From PVC group bacterium (GTDB taxonomy: Bacteria > GCA-001730085 > JADFSZ01), in the NCBI GenBank assembly GCA_022560555.1, contig JADFSZ010000036.1, positions 1-11,793 of the forward strand: a DNA stretch of 11,793 bases. The letters run 5' to 3'. This document shows positions 5,637-11,793 of this stretch, one piece after another (the first letter of the stretch is position 1; every line of letters begins with the position of its first letter). A program made the position numbers and the translations under genes. The notes beneath the pieces are model-generated. The model saw only the letters and a program-made list of their open reading frames with translations. It had not been told where the DNA came from and did not search any database.

Positions 5637-5706
5637 CCTGCCGCAATTATTGTGTATAACTTAAAGATAGCGAACGAATTATAAAAAAGCCGGAGATACC
5701 CATTAT

Positions 5707-7827
5707 ATGTGGTTGCCGTATGGATTAATCGTTTTCAGCATATTGATTGCTTTTGTCTTTGCGTATGTTGTGACACGGAAAATTTTTTCCCTCGAAGAAG
5801 GAACGGCCAAAATGGTGGAGGTGTCTTTAGCCATCCGCACGGGGGCTGACGCCTATCTTCGACGACAATATTTAGGCGTGGCTATTTTTTTTGCCGTCAT
5901 GTTTTTGCTTCTCGCGATCCTCTCCTATTTTAAAATCATTTCATGGTTTGAACCCTTCGCGTTTTTAACCGGTGGGTTTAGTTCTGGCTTGGCCGGATTT
6001 ATCGGTATGAAAGTCGCCACCTCCTCCAATGCCCGTACGGCGTGGGCTGCGAAAACAAGCCTCAATGATGGTTTGAGAGTTGCTTTTGGCAGCGGCACTG
6101 TCATGGGAATATCTGTGGTTGGCTTGGGGCTCTTAAATCTTTTTGCTTGGTTTGTGATTTTAGATTGGTGGACGCAAAACCATTTTTTAGGAGACATGAA
6201 TCCAAATCGTTTTATTGCGTCCATACTTTTGACATCCGTGATGGGAGCGAGCTCCATGGCTCTTTTCGCACGTCTTGGCGGAGGGATTTTTACTAAAGCG
6301 GCTGATGTTGGTGCGGATCTAGTAGGGAAAATCGAAGCAGGAATCCCTGAGGATGATCCTAGAAATCCGGCCACAATAGCGGATAATGTCGGTGACAATG
6401 TCGGCGACGTTGCCGGGATGGGAGCCGACTTATATGAGTCCTATATCGGATCCATCGTCGCGACGGCGGCATTAGGGATCGTGGCTTTCACGGGCCCCAT
6501 GGTTGTAAAAAGCATTCTCCTTCCTATGCTATTAGCGGCCGTGGGAATTATTGCATCCATTGTAGGTACGTTTTTTGTGCGGGTGCGCGATGAAGACTCT
6601 CAAGGAGCCCTTCTTAATGCATTGAGAAAAGGCGTTTATAGCAGCACATTTCTTGTCGGAGTTATGGGATATTTTATCGTTCAAAAATTTATGGGAAGCG
6701 ATTCGATCGGGCTTTGGTGGGCCATGATTGTTGGATTGGTTGTCGGAAATGTGATAGGTTTTTTCACGGAGTATTTTACATCGGATAAGTACTCTCCGAC
6801 ACGATACATTGCGTCTCAAGCCCAGACGGGCAGTGCCACTGTGATTATTGCGGGGATCTCGACAGGGATGCTTTCCACCGCTATACCTGTGTTAACGATT
6901 GTCATTGGGATATTGACCAGTTATTTCATAGCCGGTGGCGGAGCTCATTTTGCTATAGGGCTCTATGGTATTGGGATTGCCGCCGTTGGGATGCTTTCAA
7001 CGTTGGGAATTACACTCGCAACAGATGCTTATGGGCCCGTGGCGGATAATGCCGGTGGAATCGCGCAGATGGCTCAAATGGAGCCGCAAGTCAGAAAGCG
7101 TACGGATGCGCTGGATATGCTGGGAAACACAACAGCCGCAACGGGAAAAGGATTTGCGATTGGTTCGGCTGCGTTGACGGCTCTGGCTTTATTGGCGGCG
7201 TATTCCCAGCGAAGTTCAGAAATTTTGATTGAACTGAACGGTAGCGCAGAGCTGAATATGAGTTTGCTAAACCCGATTATTATCAGCGGGCTGTTTATAG
7301 GAGCTATGCTTCCCTTCTTGTTTTGCTCGCTTTCGATGAAAGCCGTCGGCAGAGCCGCCGGGAAAATGGTGGAAGAGGTTCGGCGTCAGTTTCGTGAGAT
7401 CAAAGGAATCATGGAAAATAAAGCCAAACCGGACTATGCGGCCTGTGTTCTTATCAGCACGAAGGCGGCCCAAAAGGAAATGATTCTTCCCTCTTTACTG
7501 GCTATTCTGGCTCCGATTATCATAGGAATCGTTGGTGGTGTTCAAATGGTTATATCTCTTCTGGCGGGCGCTACAGTGACGGGATTTGTTCTTGCTGTGA
7601 TGATGGCGAACGCGGGAGGAGCATGGGACAATGCCAAAAAGCATATTGAAAACGGCGCTTATGGCGGTAAAGGATCTGCGGCTCACAAAGCCGCCATTGT
7701 CGGAGATACTGTCGGGGATCCGTTTAAGGATACATCCGGCCCGGCATTGAATATCCTTATTAAGTTGATGAGTACGGTTTCCGTGGTTTTTGCCAAAGTC
7801 GTGATTACGATAAACCTTTGGTTTTAG
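5707..7827 (+). CDS. hppA: Membrane-integral (V-type) inorganic pyrophosphatase with a K+-dependent-type signature
   Basis: 706-aa polytopic membrane protein carrying the hallmark [56 protein letters not shown]. It also has [43 protein letters not shown] and [22 protein letters not shown]. Stop codon is TAG, at the usual C-terminus. Confidence 0.97.
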   Translation: MWLPYGLIVFSILIAFVFAYVVTRKIFSLEEGTAKMVEVSLAIRTGADAYLRRQYLGVAIFFAVMFLLLAILSYFKIISWFEPFAFLTGGFSSGLAGFIGMKVATSSNARTAWAAKTSLNDGLRVAFGSGTVMGISVVGLGLLNLFAWFVILDWWTQNHFLGDMNPNRFIASILLTSVMGASSMALFARLGGGIFTKAADVGADLVGKIEAGIPEDDPRNPATIADNVGDNVGDVAGMGADLYESYIGSIVATAALGIVAFTGPMVVKSILLPMLLAAVGIIASIVGTFFVRVRDEDSQGALLNALRKGVYSSTFLVGVMGYFIVQKFMGSDSIGLWWAMIVGLVVGNVIGFFTEYFTSDKYSPTRYIASQAQTGSATVIIAGISTGMLSTAIPVLTIVIGILTSYFIAGGGAHFAIGLYGIGIAAVGMLSTLGITLATDAYGPVADNAGGIAQMAQMEPQVRKRTDALDMLGNTTAATGKGFAIGSAALTALALLAAYSQRSSEILIELNGSAELNMSLLNPIIISGLFIGAMLPFLFCSLSMKAVGRAAGKMVEEVRRQFREIKGIMENKAKPDYAACVLISTKAAQKEMILPSLLAILAPIIIGIVGGVQMVISLLAGATVTGFVLAVMMANAGGAWDNAKKHIENGAYGGKGSAAHKAAIVGDTVGDPFKDTSGPALNILIKLMSTVSVVFAKVVITINLWF

Positions 7828-7942
7828 AGGAATAGTTTTCCGCTTATCCCTTAAGTCCATCTATCCTTAGACCTAAATTCTTCCAAAATATCAAGTTATC
7901 TCTAGCCTATGAGTCCTCAACCCCCTACCTGTAGTGGAAAGC

Positions 7943-7971
7943 TTGACAACTTATATTAAATTTAGTATAAA
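7943..7971 (+). promoter_or_regulatory. Candidate sigma70-type promoter upstream of smc
   Basis: TTGACA (7943-7948), a 17-nt spacer, then TATAAA (7966-7971). An AGGGGGA Shine-Dalgarno sequence lies 4 nt upstream of ATG 8018. Confidence 0.55.
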
Positions 7972-8017
7972 ATAGGGGATTCAAGTTGATTTAAGCGATG
8001 GCTATTAGGGGGACACA

Positions 8018-11000
8018 ATGTTTTTGAAAAAACTTGAACTTTTTGGATTTAAATCCTTCCCGCATAAAACAACTCTAACATTTGAGCCTGGTGTTACCGG
8101 TGTGGTCGGACCCAATGGGTGCGGAAAAAGTAACATTTCCGACGCGATTAAATGGGTTCTTGGCGAACAAAGCGCGAAGCAAATGCGCGGCACACGGATG
8201 GCGGATGTTCTTTTCAGCGGCACGGACAAAATGCCGGCTTTTAATGTGGCCGAAGTCTCGATGACCTTTGACAATGAAAGTCAGCTTCTTCCTGTTGAAT
8301 ACAATGAAGTCACCATAACGCGTCGGATGACGCGGATGGGACAAAGCGATTATTTTATCAATAAAAATCCGTGTCGATTAAAAGATATTCACCAGATGTT
8401 TTTAGGGACGGGTGTCGGAACGAGCGCGTATTCCGTGATTGAGCAAGGCCGGATCGGACAGATCATTAATATGAAATCCGAGGACCGGAGATATATTTTT
8501 GAAGAAGCGGCCGGAATCACAAAATACAAAGCACACAAAAAAGAAGCTCTGCGGAAATTAGCGGCAACGGAACAAAATCTTCTTCGCGTGGCTGATGTGG
8601 TTTTAGAAATCAAGCGGCAGCTAAATTCCATTAACCGACAGGTGAACAAGGCTCGTCGGTATAAAGAATTTTACAGTGCTTTACGGGATTTTGAGCTTAA
8701 AATATTTTATAAAGATATGAGCGATCTGTCGAGTGTGATCCGGAAAATCTGTGAAGATAAAAAAACAATGCGTGAGAAGGAAGAAAGGCTGACGACGGAT
8801 TCGATCCGCCAAGAAGCTAAGATTGAGGAGATTCGCCACAGCCTCCATGAATTGTCTGACACCCTTCAGACTTTGAATCAGCAGTATGTGGAGTCTGACA
8901 AAAAGATGAGTTTATGGGGAAGTAAATTAGATTTTAACAAAGACCGAATCTGTGAAATTGAAAGCAATTCTGAACACATTATCGAAGAAAACATTCGATC
9001 AGAAAAGAAGCTTTCCGATTGGAGTACGCAAATCGAGGAAATCAAAAGAGGCTTGGCGGAACTGAACAGCCAAAATGAAAATAGCAGCAAGAACATGAAT
9101 CAAATTAATTTGGATCTGTCTCAAGCACAGGACAATATTCAAGGCAAAGAAAAAGAAATGGAATATCGCGAAAGCGAGTATGTGGATATTCAAAGTCAAC
9201 TGGCGAAGGTAACGAATGCGATCGAGGCCATCAAAACCAGTATGAGTCACGTGTCGGATCGCAAAGAAAAGGTTGTTACGGAAGAGAGCCGGCAGAAGGA
9301 TAAAAAATCATCTTTGGCAGAGGATCTACGCCTTAAAAAAGATCAGCTAGACGTCCTTTTGAATGAAATCGAGAGCCTTGAGGATACCCATCTCACACAG
9401 GCATGTAACATAGAGGCCAATTTGACTTATCTCGAGGAAACAAGAAAATCCTTCGAAGACGTTGTTAAAGAGCGTGAAATTTGCCGGTCACGGCTCGAGC
9501 TTCTTGAACAATTGCGGATGAATCACGAGGGATATGTGGATGGTGTAAAGGCCGCATTGGATTGTGCCGAGAAGGGGGTGCATAGAGAACATGTGCACGG
9601 GGCTTTAGCGGGAATGGTTGTTGTGGACGAAAAATATACTCTGGCCGTCGAGTCCGCTTTACGTTATGACTTACAGATTATTGTTGTAGATCAAGACGAA
9701 AACGCGAAAGGTCTCATTGATGAATTGTACCGGACGAAAAAAGGAAACGCAAAGTTTTTTGTTCGAAGTGCGGATGTCTCCGCTTCAGACGAAAACGCGC
9801 ATTATTCTTTATGGAATCGTCCGGGTGTATGCGGAAGAGCCATAGATTTTGTTCGATATGAAGATCAAAATTTATGTGTTCTGGAAGCCTTTTTGAAAAA
9901 CACGCTTGTTGTTGACAATGATGTGACAGCCCGCGCGGTTTTGACCGATCGTGTATGGGGGGGCCGGATCGTCACGTTACGCGGCGAATGTTTTGATGAC
10001 GGCGGCCGTATTCTCTGGGGAGGAAGTCCGGACGCTCAATCAAAAGATTTATTGATGAGAGATACCCAAATCGGCGATCTCAGAAAGGATTTTGAAGATT
10101 ATGCTGTACGTGAAAATGAATTAAAAGAGAAGGTTGAGAGTATTCGTAAAACGACTCAGGTTAAAGAAGAAGAAAAGCTGTCCGTTCAGGACAAGCTCGA
10201 AGAACTGGGCCTCCAAAAAGAGACGCTTGAAAAAGAACGCGCACATCTGAAGTGGCAAAATGAACATATGAGCGATGAAATATTCATTTTAGAGTCTGAA
10301 TCAAATGACTTGAATAAAAACCTGGCTGAATACGTTGAGTTGTTAAAAGAAAAGGAAAGCGCTCTTGAAACTTTGGACACTGATGAGGCCATTGTCAAAA
10401 CGTCCATTGAACAAATCAAACAGGATATTGAATGCATGAAAACAAAGCGCGAAGAGTTGCGTGAAACAACAACAACTTTGAAAGTGAATCTTGCCGGGAT
10501 TCGTGAGAAACTTACCGCGGAGTCGTCCAGGCTCGAGCGGTTAAATCTGCGAAATCAAGAAGAGCGAACCCAAATTGAAACAAAAAATGTGCATCATAGA
10601 GAATTGACGAGCCGTCGGGAGGCGCTCTTATTAGAATCCGGGGAAATTCAGGGAAAATTACAGAATTTACGCGGGGAAATCGAAACCTTGAAGCATGAGC
10701 TGGAGCGCCAAACTCAAAAAAAGGATGAGGCCGAGGTTCAGCTTGATAACGAAATGACCGGCTTAAAAATCGCGCAACAGGAATTGCGCCAAAGCCAGAC
10801 GATGATTAGTGCCAAAGAAATTGAGGAAACAGAAAAAAAGATGTCGTTTGAGAATCAAGACAACTTGATTCACAATACCTATCAAATTCGATTTGCTGAT
10901 TTGCCCCCGGAGTATCATGTCACGGAGATTCCCGCTGAATGGATCGAGAAACGCGACACTCTGAAGAGTAAAGTTGAATCGATCGGTCCCGTAAATGAGG

Positions 11001-11611
11001 ACGTGATTGAAGAAAACGAAGAGTTGGAGATACGATACAAATTTCTCATTGAACAGCAGGATGATCTTGTGGAGGCCAAGGAATCACTCCAAAAGGTGAT
11101 TCGCAAAATTAACGCGACAACTAAAAAACAGTTTATCGAAACATTTCAATCGGTTCGCCGGCATTTTTCGGAATATTTTAAGATCCTGTTTGATGGGGGG
11201 CAGGCTGACTTGGTTTTGGTGGATGAGGACAATGTACTAGAAAGCGGGGTTGACATTATGGCGCGTCCCCCTGGGAAAAAGATGCAGAATATCACTCTGA
11301 TGTCCGGGGGAGAGAAAGCCATGACGGCGATTGCGATCCTGTTCGCGCTGTTCACGGTTCGTCCGAGCCCCTTTTGTGTTTTAGACGAAATCGACGCTCC
11401 TCTTGATGATGCGAATATTGACCGATTTGTAACTCTGTTGCAGCAGTTCCTGAATAAAACGCAGTTCATTATTATTTCACACAACAAAAAAACCATTTCC
11501 ATTGCGGATACACTCTACGGTATTACAATGGAGATACCCGGCATTTCCCGTCTGATCTCTGTCAAACTTGTTGAAGGAGAAGAAAAACTCGCAGGGGAAT
11601 TAACCGCTTAA
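8018..11611 (+). CDS. smc: Chromosome partition/condensation protein SMC
   Basis: 1197 aa. The N-terminal head has MFLKKLELFGFKSF and Walker A GPNGCGKSN. Long E/K/L/Q-rich coiled-coil arms flank a central hinge (GVHGALAGMVVVDEKYTLAVESALRYDLQIIVVD). The C-terminal head has the ABC signature LMSGGEKAM, Walker B FCVLDEIDAPLDD and IIISHNKKT. Confidence 0.97.
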   Translation: MFLKKLELFGFKSFPHKTTLTFEPGVTGVVGPNGCGKSNISDAIKWVLGEQSAKQMRGTRMADVLFSGTDKMPAFNVAEVSMTFDNESQLLPVEYNEVTITRRMTRMGQSDYFINKNPCRLKDIHQMFLGTGVGTSAYSVIEQGRIGQIINMKSEDRRYIFEEAAGITKYKAHKKEALRKLAATEQNLLRVADVVLEIKRQLNSINRQVNKARRYKEFYSALRDFELKIFYKDMSDLSSVIRKICEDKKTMREKEERLTTDSIRQEAKIEEIRHSLHELSDTLQTLNQQYVESDKKMSLWGSKLDFNKDRICEIESNSEHIIEENIRSEKKLSDWSTQIEEIKRGLAELNSQNENSSKNMNQINLDLSQAQDNIQGKEKEMEYRESEYVDIQSQLAKVTNAIEAIKTSMSHVSDRKEKVVTEESRQKDKKSSLAEDLRLKKDQLDVLLNEIESLEDTHLTQACNIEANLTYLEETRKSFEDVVKEREICRSRLELLEQLRMNHEGYVDGVKAALDCAEKGVHREHVHGALAGMVVVDEKYTLAVESALRYDLQIIVVDQDENAKGLIDELYRTKKGNAKFFVRSADVSASDENAHYSLWNRPGVCGRAIDFVRYEDQNLCVLEAFLKNTLVVDNDVTARAVLTDRVWGGRIVTLRGECFDDGGRILWGGSPDAQSKDLLMRDTQIGDLRKDFEDYAVRENELKEKVESIRKTTQVKEEEKLSVQDKLEELGLQKETLEKERAHLKWQNEHMSDEIFILESESNDLNKNLAEYVELLKEKESALETLDTDEAIVKTSIEQIKQDIECMKTKREELRETTTTLKVNLAGIREKLTAESSRLERLNLRNQEERTQIETKNVHHRELTSRREALLLESGEIQGKLQNLRGEIETLKHELERQTQKKDEAEVQLDNEMTGLKIAQQELRQSQTMISAKEIEETEKKMSFENQDNLIHNTYQIRFADLPPEYHVTEIPAEWIEKRDTLKSKVESIGPVNEDVIEENEELEIRYKFLIEQQDDLVEAKESLQKVIRKINATTKKQFIETFQSVRRHFSEYFKILFDGGQADLVLVDEDNVLESGVDIMARPPGKKMQNITLMSGGEKAMTAIAILFALFTVRPSPFCVLDEIDAPLDDANIDRFVTLLQQFLNKTQFIIISHNKKTISIADTLYGITMEIPGISRLISVKLVEGEEKLAGELTA

Positions 11612-11625
11612 CATGAATTGTAACC

Positions 11626-11793
11626 ATGATGAAGTTTATAAAACCGGATATCCTAAAAAGTCTTTTTCTTGCCGTGCTTGTGTCGACGCTTACTTTTTTC
11701 TTGTCGAACCATTTCCTCTTTGCTCAATAGTATAAGATAGTCACGATCGTAAATGATGACATCATCACAAATTACGATATCGAAAATTTTCTT
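11626..11793 (+). CDS. 5' part of a SurA-like secreted chaperone/PPIase gene, interrupted by an in-frame TAG (possible pseudogene or sequence error); runs off the window
   Basis: The ORF begins at ATG 11626. It encodes MMKFIKPDILKSLFLAVLVSTLTFFLSNHFLFAQ (a signal-peptide-like n/h/c layout), then TAG at 11728-11730. The same frame continues as YKIVTIVNDDIITNYDIENFL, which resembles the (D)RIVAVVNDxxIT start of SurA N-terminal domains. The frame stays open to the window end. The ORF is too short to appear in the supplied ORF track. Confidence 0.4.

Noticed and set aside
4262-7827. Idea that TAG is reassigned as a sense codon genome-wide, prompted by the in-frame TAG at 11728.
   Set aside because: The HD-GYP gene (TAG 4262-4264) and hppA (TAG 7825-7827) both terminate on TAG at family-typical C-termini, so TAG functions as a stop here.
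4563-7827. Functional link between the GGDEF-like gene and the adjacent pyrophosphatase, on the idea that PPi is a product of diguanylate cyclases.
   Set aside because: The GGDEF site is degenerate, so no PPi would be produced. hppA also has its own strong promoter. The adjacency is most simply coincidental.
5925-11502. Many 60-157 aa antisense or out-of-frame ORFs inside hppA and smc (for example 5925-6398, 6532-6819, 7495-7860, 8005-8274, 11146-11502).
   Set aside because: They lie entirely within confidently identified long genes. They show the low-complexity composition expected of frames opposite coding sequence, and none has a domain signature.
11613-11735. Alternative 40-aa ORF from ATG 11613 (MNCNHDEVYKTGYPKKSFSCRACVD...) containing a CxxC pair.
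   Set aside because: It overlaps the frame that shows both a signal peptide and a SurA-like motif. It has only one CxxC pair, no Shine-Dalgarno sequence and no recognisable fold.

Overview
The window looks like a mostly housekeeping stretch of a bacterial chromosome with moderate to low GC by eye. I cannot name the organism. On the + strand it encodes a class I PLP aminotransferase (96-1250), a receiver/HD-GYP c-di-GMP phosphodiesterase (3182-4264), a receiver/GGDEF-like protein with a degenerate active site (4563-5555), a membrane-integral pyrophosphatase HppA (5707-7827), SMC (8018-11611), and the first ~55 codons of a SurA-like secreted chaperone (from 11626). On the - strand it encodes a membrane-anchored hypothetical protein (1257-1928), tRNA-Ser(CGA) (2039-2127) and endonuclease III (2323-2973). 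I see no transposase, integrase, CRISPR array, rRNA or recognisable defence system. All protein calls rest on motifs read by eye, because no HMM or BLAST search was possible. Four things deserve a second look. (1) Two mutually inverted arrays of strictly 7-bp-phased WTAGC repeats lie between nth and tRNA-Ser. (2) Two adjacent c-di-GMP-type proteins both have receiver domains that have lost the phospho-acceptor chemistry, and one also has a dead GGDEF site (GSDNF). (3) An in-frame TAG falls exactly between the signal peptide and the SurA-like N-terminal motif of the last gene. (4) Nested palindromes bracket a perfect-consensus promoter upstream of hppA. None of these can be called a new system from sequence alone.
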